This document shows, in pieces, positions 9,495-18,463 of a DNA stretch of 64,000 nucleotides. How positions within the stretch are numbered: position 1 is the stretch's first letter; each line of letters starts with the position of its first letter. This stretch comes from a virus (Duplodnaviria; Heunggongvirae; Uroviricota; Caudoviricetes). The stretch spans positions 1-64,000 of the IMG/VR virus record IMGVR_UViG_3300044557_000292; one strand, written 5' to 3'. The notes under the pieces were generated by a model that did no database searches, had not been told where the DNA came from, and was given only the letters and a program-made list of their open reading frames with translations. The position numbers were made by a program, and so were the translations under genes.

Positions 9495-10370
9495 CTACCT
9501 GTCACCATCAGTATGATCTGGGTCGTCCAGGGGATGCTTCCTCTCGGACCCATCGGAATTATAGTAACGGTCGATCCTCCTAGCCAGGGTGATGATCATG
9601 TCATTCATATCATCCGAAACGTGATCTAGTCTGGTGTCATGTACTGTTGGCAGTGGCTCAACCTCCAGCATTGGAATCTTATCATCACCGTCTCCAGAAT
9701 CACTACCACCGTAGAAGAACTCCTGCCAGCCCATCATCCTGCTGAACCCACTCCCCGTGGAAATGACGGGCCTGTCCATCCTTCCGCGACCCACGGACCA
9801 CCCAAGCGGATGATTATCAAGATACTCGTATGATAGGATGCTATCGTCTTTATCCCGCAGCCATTGAGCATACGTGTAATCTTTGAATAGCTTGAGGGCG
9901 GATACAGCGTGGAGGAGTTGTTCTAGAATGCCGACCTTCGTGTGAATGACAGTAAGCTTGGCAGTATCCCTCTTGAGGGCGTCCATGTTAACTCGATCAT
10001 CTACTGATCCATGCGTGGAATACTCCCAATCGTCATTATTGAAGTTTATGAGCATATCATGATTATAAGACAACCCATCTAGCCCCCAGGTACTCTCATC
10101 GAACCACAACTCATGATCGTAGTCTTCCCTGACCCGCTCCGCGATGGCTCGGAGCCCATCGTTTGATCTTCCATCGTTACGCGGGCTTATAGACGTGATC
10201 CCATCAGGGTCCGTAACCCTAAGCTCATCATTGCCCCCATCATACGAGACAACCCAGAATTTATCCGGCAGAGGGTCAAGCATGAGCACGTCATGCTTCA
10301 CGCACTCCGGGAGTGGAAGCCCGGTTACATTGATCCTAGGATCATCGTGCTTCACAAGGTCGTCTTCCAT
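9495..10370 (-). CDS. Hypothetical protein
   Basis: 291-aa acidic ORF with GGAG RBS. Confidence 0.7.
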   Translation of the reverse strand: MEDDLVKHDDPRINVTGLPLPECVKHDVLMLDPLPDKFWVVSYDGGNDELRVTDPDGITSISPRNDGRSNDGLRAIAERVREDYDHELWFDESTWGLDGLSYNHDMLINFNNDDWEYSTHGSVDDRVNMDALKRDTAKLTVIHTKVGILEQLLHAVSALKLFKDYTYAQWLRDKDDSILSYEYLDNHPLGWSVGRGRMDRPVISTGSGFSRMMGWQEFFYGGSDSGDGDDKIPMLEVEPLPTVHDTRLDHVSDDMNDMIITLARRIDRYYNSDGSERKHPLDDPDHTDGDR

Positions 10371-10488
10371 TCACTACTCCTATCTCCTATCATGAGGACG
10401 TCAACGCATCCATCATATCATGGTAATCGAGATTTAACTTAACTGGCGGTTGAACGTTAGCTATCATGATCACCGTCAACTAGGTTAA

Positions 10489-10866
10489 TCACTCACGCTT
10501 CGTCTTACCGTGTTTCCCATTACGCCACCGTACGATTAGACCTCCAGCCACTCCACAGAACAACACAAGCATGACAGCCAACGCGACTCGTCCAGGTACG
10601 GTTCGGAAGCTCCCCTCATGGAGTGGAGCTATCACCATGCCATCACCCGCGCTGTTATCACTGTTGTCATTGCCGGTAGACGGGGTTGACGGAGATGGAC
10701 CCGGCGATGGTGACGGCGTCTTCCCAGTAACGCTATACGCTATCCCCCTCGCGTCACTGCCTGCAGCCTGCGCGCACGGCGTTACAACCGCCATGATAAG
10801 AAACGTGACCGCGAGGACGGACGTCACCGCTATCATAATTCTTCTTAGAATAGTAACCCTTCTCAT
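10489..10866 (-). CDS. Small surface/membrane-anchored protein
   Basis: Signal peptide (AQA), Pro/Ser linker, C-terminal TM and basic tail. Confidence 0.6.
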   Translation of the reverse strand: MRRVTILRRIMIAVTSVLAVTFLIMAVVTPCAQAAGSDARGIAYSVTGKTPSPSPGPSPSTPSTGNDNSDNSAGDGMVIAPLHEGSFRTVPGRVALAVMLVLFCGVAGGLIVRWRNGKHGKTKRE

Positions 10867-10888
10867 GAAGATAAAATATCAGATCTAG

Positions 10889-11272
10889 TTAAGACCGTGC
10901 ATTCACCGATGAGGACAATCGTTCTGACTCCATAACGTGATTCTTATCGACTGCACGTTTCATGACTCCGTTACTAATGAGATAAGACACGAGTGGATGG
11001 CGCACATACGTGGGAGTAATCCAGACCCCGCACTCCTTGAGTCTTCCAAGGGAGCATTTCCTGAACTCGTCATTGTGCTTGAGTTCCTTGAGTACATCAG
11101 CGAGTGGGTAGAAATAATCCGCGGGGTCATGCTGATTAATGCTTTCATTCCTGACGGCGTCCTTGTACCAACTCGTGTCATACCAGTAGGGCCGCACGAT
11201 TTCCTCGAACGCGAACTTCTCCAGATCCGTCACGTGCTTCATATCTGTGGACACGATCCTCACTCCATGCAT
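10889..11272 (-). CDS. Hypothetical protein
   Basis: 127-aa ORF in the minus-strand run. Confidence 0.5.
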   Translation of the reverse strand: MHGVRIVSTDMKHVTDLEKFAFEEIVRPYWYDTSWYKDAVRNESINQHDPADYFYPLADVLKELKHNDEFRKCSLGRLKECGVWITPTYVRHPLVSYLISNGVMKRAVDKNHVMESERLSSSVNARS

Positions 11273-11294
11273 TTAATAGACTCAATAACTTTTG

Positions 11295-11969
11295 CTATTC
11301 AACGATCTCGATGCAGCCGGTGAACCCGTCACGACGGAAGCTCTTCCACGCCCCGTCCTTCTCAGCCCGGATTGACGGTTCACCGTCAACGGGAGACTTG
11401 AAGAGGTTATCGGGGTAGAACTCATAACCACGATACATCTTCTCAACCCCATACTGATTACAGTACGTGAACTTCTTCACCTTCACAGGTATCTTCGACT
11501 CGGTGAGGTAGGGGTGATCCGCGTCCGACTCCAGACGATCGAAGAGGACGCCGGGCTCGGTGGGCGTCACCGACTCAGTGTTCACGAGTTCTTGCTCCCC
11601 TCCAGCCCTATCGAATGCCAAAAGGTCACCCTGCACGCCAGACTCGAGGAATGATCTCCATCCATCATCCGTCTTCACGTGGGCGAGACGGTCATCGCCA
11701 TCAAGGTACTCAACGTCAACTGGATACACGGCCCCACTCACTGTTGACACGTGACCACTCTTAGACTTGTACTTGAACGTCACGTCATACTTCCCCAAGA
11801 TGCTGCCGTCGAAGAGGGCAGCCTTGTCAACAGACGAGTCCGCCCCGATCACCGGGCCTGAGGGCGCGTTCTCACTACCGTTGACAGTGACCGATCCATT
11901 AGACCCTATGGTGACTGTAGACCCCTCGTCAACGTTAATAGTCACACCGTTCACTACGATTGTAGCCAT
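11295..11969 (-). CDS. Protein with two WYL/Sm-like SH3 beta-barrel domains
   Basis: Two repeats: VTFKYKSKSG...DDGWRSF and KFTYCNQYG...DGAWKSFR. Confidence 0.6.
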   Translation of the reverse strand: MATIVVNGVTINVDEGSTVTIGSNGSVTVNGSENAPSGPVIGADSSVDKAALFDGSILGKYDVTFKYKSKSGHVSTVSGAVYPVDVEYLDGDDRLAHVKTDDGWRSFLESGVQGDLLAFDRAGGEQELVNTESVTPTEPGVLFDRLESDADHPYLTESKIPVKVKKFTYCNQYGVEKMYRGYEFYPDNLFKSPVDGEPSIRAEKDGAWKSFRRDGFTGCIEIVE

Positions 11970-12145
11970 CTCATGTCTCCTTACATTCTAAACTTCTAGC
12001 GTTCCATCAGATGACAGAGCGTACCGTTGAGTTCGCGCATATTATGCAACCCAATGACATTCATTGTATCTTATTCTCCATGGTAATGCAAATGTTAACT
12101 ATCATGCTCGCAATCATATTAAGAGTTGACGGCCAATAGACCCCA

Positions 12146-12739
12146 TCAATGGATATGGACGTCGTACTCGCGATTCCTATCCGGTATGATGTGGCCACCC
12201 GTGAGTTCAATGAAGGCAACTGACTGCTTTTCAAGTATGTTCAACGGTGACCTGGTGGCAATGATCACGTCATTATTATCGATCGTGAACGTGATCATGG
12301 CGGTGGGGTTATGGACCATGACGAACACGGAATCATGATCATCGTGAAGACTCTTCATGGTCACGAATGTTGACGGGTATGAGTGGAATAGGCCAAGCGC
12401 TTCACCCACAATACTGTAAGCGTTGCGATACGTCTTTGGTCTCATCATCCTGTCCTTCAAGATGGGTACGTGATAATCACCGATCTCATCCTCAGAGGAT
12501 AAGATGGCCTTGAACCATAAGGGCGTCCTGAAGAACATGATGATGTAAGAGAATATGATCGCGTCCAGAGCGCCCAGCATGATCGATATGGGGACAGAGT
12601 CGGGGATAACGTTCTCAATAAGTAGCAGAGTGATTAGAACGATCGCGGTTGCACTCATCTTAGCCATAAACCCGGCAAAATAGTCCTCCGCATCATGATT
12701 ACCGATCTTACGCATTACCCCTCCATTCGAGATCTCCAC
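12146..12739 (-). CDS. Hypothetical membrane protein
   Basis: Two TM segments; GGAGG before MRKIG suggests a later start. Confidence 0.6.
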   Translation of the reverse strand: MEISNGGVMRKIGNHDAEDYFAGFMAKMSATAIVLITLLLIENVIPDSVPISIMLGALDAIIFSYIIMFFRTPLWFKAILSSEDEIGDYHVPILKDRMMRPKTYRNAYSIVGEALGLFHSYPSTFVTMKSLHDDHDSVFVMVHNPTAMITFTIDNNDVIIATRSPLNILEKQSVAFIELTGGHIIPDRNREYDVHIH

Positions 12740-12861
12740 CCATCATCTTGTCAGACCTTCCAGAATGAAACCATCTCATCACGGGAGAAATGATAGTTAA
12801 CAGTTCCTGGATCGAGTAGAATCATAATCTAGCTTACCAAAACGATCTATATAATCATGTC

Positions 12862-13932
12862 TCATCTAATTCCTGCCATTCCGGTAGTTTGCTCTATCCT
12901 ACCAACGATGTCATCAATGGCCTTATTAGAATCGTTGATCGACTCCACGTCAACAGAGTATCTTGACAGGCTGTCATCAAGTGATTTCAGACGATTCCTC
13001 AGCGCCCGGACCCTCTCGTACAGGTCATGATCAACGTCAAGATCTTCATTCTCAATGAGCTTGAACTCACGGGCAGTACTTGCAATCTTATCAGCGATAT
13101 CAGACCCGATACTGACCCCGAGGACATCTGTCTTCATGATTATCGTCCTCGTCAGCTCACGAACCTCAGATATGGCAGACGTCATGTCAATGATCTTACC
13201 AAGCTTTGACTTCGATAGGGTGCCCGGGTGGGCGGCCTCATCAGTCATGATTCCGCCAAGATGATTCAGTATCGATCTCCTCATCTTCTCGTCAAGGTGA
13301 AGCGCATTATCGTCATAAGCTATGAAGATCTTACGGCCAAGTAGTACCGCACCTGGATTCTCGAATATATCTTCACCCTGAGCAGCGCTATCGAGACTAA
13401 GCACTGACGGTATGCTTATTGGGCATGCATTCTTGAATGTCTGCTCACTCCCGTACCCAATTCCAATGATGACTGGCACGCCATTGATATTCAAGTCTAG
13501 CATGGTTGGCGTCATCATTGATCTTATCCTGCCATTATAGGGACGGGGGACAATCATCATATGGGAAATTGGGATAATAGGAATCATGAGTAACCATGAG
13601 AAAGAACCGGTATCAATTCCAAGCATACTGAGCGTAAGTGTACTAGCAGTTATTATTGCTGTATAGACGAACGGGATGGAGAATAAGATCGCGTGTGAGA
13701 AGTACTGGTGCCTGGAAAAGAACCTGTACCATCCGTGAGAACAAACCCTCCTCACCCTCTGCGTCCAGGGTACACGGTACCGTTCCTGCAGACCCTTTAT
13801 GAATCGAGTGACCCTCAGCCTTCCAGTAATCTTAACGCGCTCGCTCTTCACGCAATCCTCAAGGAAGCCGTTCCTAATTGCGGAGACATCGGTTATCGTT
13901 ATTCTTTTACTCATGGACAATCTCCTTCTCAC
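12862..13932 (-). CDS. Hypothetical membrane protein with C-terminal coiled coil
   Basis: 356 aa, TM hairpin, heptad-rich C-terminus. Confidence 0.7.
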   Translation of the reverse strand: MRRRLSMSKRITITDVSAIRNGFLEDCVKSERVKITGRLRVTRFIKGLQERYRVPWTQRVRRVCSHGWYRFFSRHQYFSHAILFSIPFVYTAIITASTLTLSMLGIDTGSFSWLLMIPIIPISHMMIVPRPYNGRIRSMMTPTMLDLNINGVPVIIGIGYGSEQTFKNACPISIPSVLSLDSAAQGEDIFENPGAVLLGRKIFIAYDDNALHLDEKMRRSILNHLGGIMTDEAAHPGTLSKSKLGKIIDMTSAISEVRELTRTIIMKTDVLGVSIGSDIADKIASTAREFKLIENEDLDVDHDLYERVRALRNRLKSLDDSLSRYSVDVESINDSNKAIDDIVGRIEQTTGMAGIR

Positions 13933-15398
13933 GATATGACTTTGCGTAGACGATCAATAAGATCATTAATAGAACTATGATCAATCACCGGCTCTAACTC
14001 TTCCCATAATGGGTCATCGTCCTTGGCTTGCCTCAGTTTCTTGGGGATCATCCCCCTGAACTCATCGGGAACCTGTAATCCTTCCTCATGGGCTTCGCAC
14101 ACGATGCTCGCGATCAAACGGAGCCTTTCATTACCGCCAATTCTATCAACCAGTGTCTTACCGGGAGTGGTCGATTGAACGTCAACACCGAGGGCTTGCA
14201 CCCATCTTCGCCTCTCCTTATAGACGCCCGGCTTCATCCTAGCGTGCTGCGGGCTCAGTGACTCCACCCTGCGAGTCAATCTAGACTCAGGACCAAGATC
14301 AGGACGCTTCTTAAGAGTATACTCGATGCCCGCATTCCTCTTGACCGGGTCGGTAATGTTCGCAAGTAACTGAGGGATGGTAGACTCCGGCTCCCTCTTA
14401 ATGAGGAATCTTATCCCGTCCTCATGCATGCCCAAGGCAATCTTCAGAGCCCGGTCACCATGCACCCTACGGTAATCGCATGGGTCCTTACCGTCCGGGA
14501 CGATGCAGACATCGATTCTCTCATTCGGGAACCTCATGATGGCAGATCTGGCTCCCCTTAGACCAGCCTCGTCGTCATCAAGGCATAGGATGATCCTCCC
14601 GTGATCGGTCATCAACTGCTTGCACTGGTCCAACTGGCGCTCGTAGAAATCAGTCATCCCCGCGATGGAAGCGGTGTTCCTGACACCAGCATAAGAGCAG
14701 GCGAGGGCGTCAAGCTGGCCCTCCACTAGGATCACCTCGTCCTTCCTACGGATGAACGGTTTGGATTCGTCAAGGAGGAACATGGGATTCTCATAGGGCT
14801 CCGTGAACCTTCCACTAGAATCTCGTCTTGGGACCATGTATGACGGAGGCCTTGATCGCACGTACTTCAGACCTGAGGTCATGGTGACCGTTGCATTACC
14901 GATCTTCGCGATCTTATGACCGCCAGTCTTATCAGCATATGACCTCGCGTAATAAGCGGTCACGTCATTACCATCCATGACGGCAATGGTGAGCCGGTCA
15001 TGGGCGAAGACCTGGAGCGCAGTTCCATCCGCCTTAAGATCTGCCAGGCCAGACTCAAGCAAATCTAAATCACTGCAACCAGCATTCTTCAACTGTCTGA
15101 GAGCATCATTCCTCGAGGATATCCACCCGAGATGTGGATCACTCAGCGGAATCTTCCTACGCCTCACGTCAACAACCGCTGGATGATCATCGGGAAGCCG
15201 GGTCAGGTTATCGTGGAAGATCTTATTGGCCGTGTTGAGGATGAACAACTCACGATCCTTGTCAACATGAGTTGCAATCGCAAGACTCCTATCCTTGAAC
15301 CTACAGTTCGCGGGGTTACTGCACCTGCGAATCTTGCCATCGGGGCTTACATGCACGGGTTTGGCCTTACCCGATCCCCATATTCTTGAATCTGCCAT
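13929..15398 (-). CDS. DnaG-like TOPRIM-domain primase with atypical N-terminus
   Basis: ILVEGQLDALAC, TASIAG, IILCLDDDEAG and GKDPCDY are DnaG TOPRIM motifs; no canonical CHC2 zinc finger. Confidence 0.8.
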   Translation of the reverse strand: MADSRIWGSGKAKPVHVSPDGKIRRCSNPANCRFKDRSLAIATHVDKDRELFILNTANKIFHDNLTRLPDDHPAVVDVRRRKIPLSDPHLGWISSRNDALRQLKNAGCSDLDLLESGLADLKADGTALQVFAHDRLTIAVMDGNDVTAYYARSYADKTGGHKIAKIGNATVTMTSGLKYVRSRPPSYMVPRRDSSGRFTEPYENPMFLLDESKPFIRRKDEVILVEGQLDALACSYAGVRNTASIAGMTDFYERQLDQCKQLMTDHGRIILCLDDDEAGLRGARSAIMRFPNERIDVCIVPDGKDPCDYRRVHGDRALKIALGMHEDGIRFLIKREPESTIPQLLANITDPVKRNAGIEYTLKKRPDLGPESRLTRRVESLSPQHARMKPGVYKERRRWVQALGVDVQSTTPGKTLVDRIGGNERLRLIASIVCEAHEEGLQVPDEFRGMIPKKLRQAKDDDPLWEELEPVIDHSSINDLIDRLRKVIS

Positions 15399-15598
15399 CG
15401 TATCTAATCCTAACCCACCAGTCTGATTACGGTACTTCCGTTCCGGACAATATGATCATATCACAAGAATATAGACCGTTATCAATGGGATAACCGTTAC
15501 ATGATTATAGTGCATCGAGAAGGGATCGCAATGACAACCGTAACCAAGATCTAATAAGATTAAGGCGCGTTTTAGGGGCTTTTAGCCGGTTTTACGAG

Positions 15599-15660
15599 AA
15601 GGGCTAGATTTCAACGCTGGCCGTGTAACACGGGGAAGCATATCCTAGGATTATAGGGTC
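15599..15660 (+). repeat. Dispersed repeat family B, copy 2
   Basis: AAGGGCTAGATTTCAACGCTGGCCGTGTAACACGGGGAAGCATATCCTAGGATTATAGGGTC. Confidence 0.95.
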
Positions 15661-16088
15661 TTCCAGCATAGACCCTATAAGTCCTCACCCCTAAGCTTGA
15701 AGCACCCTGACCTCACCCCCTTCACTTCCACTCATTCATGGTGTGATCAGCAGGCCACTGTCCGGCGTGGGCTAGCCTTCCACTGATGATCTTGGTGGTC
15801 TCGTCCGCAGCGCGAACCTCAGACGCCATTGCTGCACCCCGAGTCCTCACCATTGAAGCGTGGACTAATCGCGCTGGCCGGCTACTCTGCCCATGGAGTA
15901 GAGATCCTCGTGGAGTTCCCTCCGGAAGATGATGCTGGTGATTCCATTGATCCATGATTCCTCATGAGACATCCTCCCGTCAACCCGTATCATGATTGCA
16001 AGATTCATCTCGACAAAGGTCCCAAATGGGACACGTCGCGTGACCCCGAGTTTACAGGAGTTAATGCAGGATTGACTGGGATTGCGGA

Positions 16089-16177
16089 GGATGCGTTCTA
16101 ACACACCATACCCACGCGTGAGTAAAAAAACACGCGCCGCGACGGGTCGAGCGTCTAGGGGGTCATGGAATGCGCCT
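16089..16177 (+). repeat. Dispersed repeat family A, copy 2
   Basis: GGATGCGTTCTAAC...GTGAGTAAAAAAACACGCGCC...GTCGAGCGTCTAG...TGGAATGCGCCT. Confidence 0.9.
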
Positions 16178-16303
16178 GGGGCGTGCTTGGGGCCACCCCA
16201 CGGGATCGCCGCGTGATGAGCATTAACTCGCGTCACCACCCACTCCCGAATGGTAATCGCCCCGTGCCAGCTTGGCGATTATCCTATACTAAGGTTATTA
16301 TCA

Positions 16304-16567
16304 TCAAGATTCAAGCTCATAGTGATCGGGGTAGAATGACTCGCCCTGCAGCTCGCGGACGCACTTGTTAAGCGCGTTAACGAGCGACTTACCGCCGCGT
16401 GGGTTGAGCGAGATGCTGTGATTCCAACTGTTACCGCATTCGAGGGTGTAATGGAAGTACTCGGTAAGCTCCTGTACGGTGCCCGTTTGCTTTGAGACGC
16501 GGCCGCGGTGCATCTTGATGATCGTGTACGTTCTCGCGGAGGACTTTGACTTTGCCGTTACACTCAT
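16304..16567 (-). CDS. Small hypothetical phage-type protein
   Basis: 87 aa with RBS and its own promoter (16607-16636). Confidence 0.75.
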   Translation of the reverse strand: MSVTAKSKSSARTYTIIKMHRGRVSKQTGTVQELTEYFHYTLECGNSWNHSISLNPRGGKSLVNALNKCVRELQGESFYPDHYELES

Positions 16568-16606
16568 GATGAATCCTATTCCTTGTCACGTTTTGTTGAC
16601 TTGATT

Positions 16607-16636
16607 ATTATAACCCGGATAAGATCGCGACACGCC
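16607..16636 (-). promoter_or_regulatory. GGCGTGTC-N14-GTTATAAT promoter
   Basis: Recurrent motif upstream of small genes. Confidence 0.7.
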
Positions 16637-16644
16637 AATGATGG

Positions 16645-16950
16645 TCATGAAGAAGCAGTGAACCCTAATCCCCCCCCCGATCCATTCTCCTTGAGCTGAC
16701 TATAATAGTCGATCAGTGGTAGACTCTCATCTCTAGGATCATCAATGCTAACCAGCCATCCATCTCTTACAGTCGCCAGCCCATCATGATCACCACTGTA
16801 ATCACCAGTCTCAGGATCATTACCTCCGAAGATCTCAAATTGGAAGCTAACGTTGTCATCCCTGACAGCATCACCGATCTTGTAGTTACGCAAGACCCGG
16901 CCGAACGCCTTCGCCGCCCTCGCGACCCTGCTCATCATGCAACTCGTCAA
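16645..16950 (-). CDS. Hypothetical protein (start uncertain)
   Basis: Acidic ORF, probably 5'-truncated or frameshifted. Confidence 0.45.
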   Translation of the reverse strand: MTSCMMSRVARAAKAFGRVLRNYKIGDAVRDDNVSFQFEIFGGNDPETGDYSGDHDGLATVRDGWLVSIDDPRDESLPLIDYYSQLKENGSGGGLGFTASS

Positions 16951-17082
16951 ACGTGCCCATTACTAAACGCTCCTTATCAGGTATGGAATTTTGCTCATGA
17001 TTGATCATATCACGAGATCTTCCATGGGTGGTTAGAACGTGGTGAGGACGCGTCAAGCAATCTTGAAGGTGAGTCTTCCGAG

Positions 17083-17144
17083 AAGGGCTAGATTTCAACG
17101 CTGGCCGTGTAACACGGGGAAGCATATCCTAGGATTATAGGGTC
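17083..17144 (+). repeat. Dispersed repeat family B, copy 3
   Basis: Identical to copy 2 over 62 bp; its 3' extension TACGGTGGAAGTTCC is shared with copy 5. Confidence 0.95.
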
Positions 17145-17418
17145 TACGGTGGAAGTTCCATGCCACGTCGTGCCCAGGGGGTCACCACATCCCGCCCCCT
17201 CATCTCCTACTAGCACAGTCAATCAGTCCAATCCTGCGGGCAACCTGACCCAGCATAGGCCACCTCCCATGGGAATCCGTCCATCACCCCCGTCATGTGA
17301 TCATGGTCTCAACTCCTGGAGGACAGCGTGCTCACTACCGTAGACCCTGGGTTCATAGGACGTCCTGCTGACGCTTGACCTGTAGTCTAGGGATCGTGGG
17401 CGACCCCCACATGACGAC

Positions 17419-17722
17419 ATGCTTGATCCTGAGACGGATCTGGCGGATGGACTGGAGCGCTTCTTCCCCGTCGTACTGGACAAGACCGTCTATCAGAATG
17501 CGGATGCGATTGCTAGACAACTCGACGCCATAGGCGTCGGAGAGGTCAATCTGTTCGGCATTGACACCGACATTTGTGTTCTGCAGAACGCCGCCCGCTT
17601 GTTCGATCTCGGGTACCGCGTGAACGTGCTCTATGACTTGTGCGCCACCAATGCTGGCTTCGCGATCCATTCAGCAATGCTCACAGTGCTTCAGCGCACC
17701 GTCGGCCGCAAGCAGGTGAAGA
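17419..17722 (+). pseudogene. C-terminal fragment of an isochorismatase/cysteine-hydrolase family gene
   Basis: VLDKTVY...EVNLFGIDTDICVLQNAARLFDLGYRVNVLYDLCAT; lacks the N-terminal LLVID catalytic Asp; runs into a CRISPR repeat. Confidence 0.8.
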
Positions 17723-17749
17723 GGTTCAACCCCGCTACGCGGGGAATGC
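17723..17749 (-). CRISPR. Solitary degenerate CRISPR repeat
   Basis: GGTTCAACCCCGCTACGCGGGGAATGC has 3 differences from the array repeat, with the stem intact. Confidence 0.9.
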
Positions 17750-17932
17750 CCTAGGAACGTTGAGACCACGTTAACGAGGGTTGAGTACAACCACGATCCC
17801 CGTTAACGCAGGCCAGCATCACGAACCATCGAAAGAACCCCTATGGGACCCATCACGCTATTAAAATATCAAGCGTCAGTACCATCGCATGATTAAGAAT
17901 CATCTAGAATGATAATGCGCTAGGAACGCGGA
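17750..17932 (-). promoter_or_regulatory. Paralogous copy of the CRISPR leader
   Basis: Shares CTAGGAACGTTGA, CCACGTTAACGA, GACCCATCACGCTATTAAAATATCAAGCG and ATAATGC.CTAGGAACGCGGA with 1147-1312. Confidence 0.85.
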
Positions 17933-18021
17933 GGATGCGTTCTAACGCACCGTAACACAGGTGAGTAAAAAAAACACATGCTATGATAGATCGAGCGTCT
18001 AAGGCATCATAGAACACGTCC
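17933..18021 (+). repeat. Dispersed repeat family A, copy 3
   Basis: Same consensus as copy 1. Confidence 0.9.
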
Positions 18022-18463
18022 TAATCCCATGTGGAGCCATATCCTCACGGAACGAATGCGAGATTACCGATTCCTACCAAAACCATATCATTTGATGGAG
18101 ATGAATCCTATAAATGTGAAGGAACTGTGAATAATCTTATTGTTTTAATGAGTTCCTCACCTTTTGAAGATGACTGGTACCTTAGATTCCATCATGTCAA
18201 CCGGCGTGATGGGACATCTTGTCCTACAGATGATCTGAACGTTATCTGATGGGGAGTGGAGCTGTGCTCCCACCCATTGATATGGAGATTCACAGCATCA
18301 GTTAAGATAAAGACTCCCACGAGTTAGGGTGACGGATCGCAATGGAAGCATGACGCCCTGTTAATAGTGGCCACGTGGGCCTACCAGTCCCCAACATTAG
18401 GGGTTAAGCAGTGTGGAATCATCTTCATCGCCTCCCGTCGCTAGTACGATAAGGAATAGATAA

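Noticed and set aside
15599-15660. Family B or A as tRNA, parS or classical attC
   Set aside because: No cloverleaf or T-loop, no GTTTCACGTGAAAC consensus, no RYYYAAC/GTTRRRY boxes, and no integrase seen.
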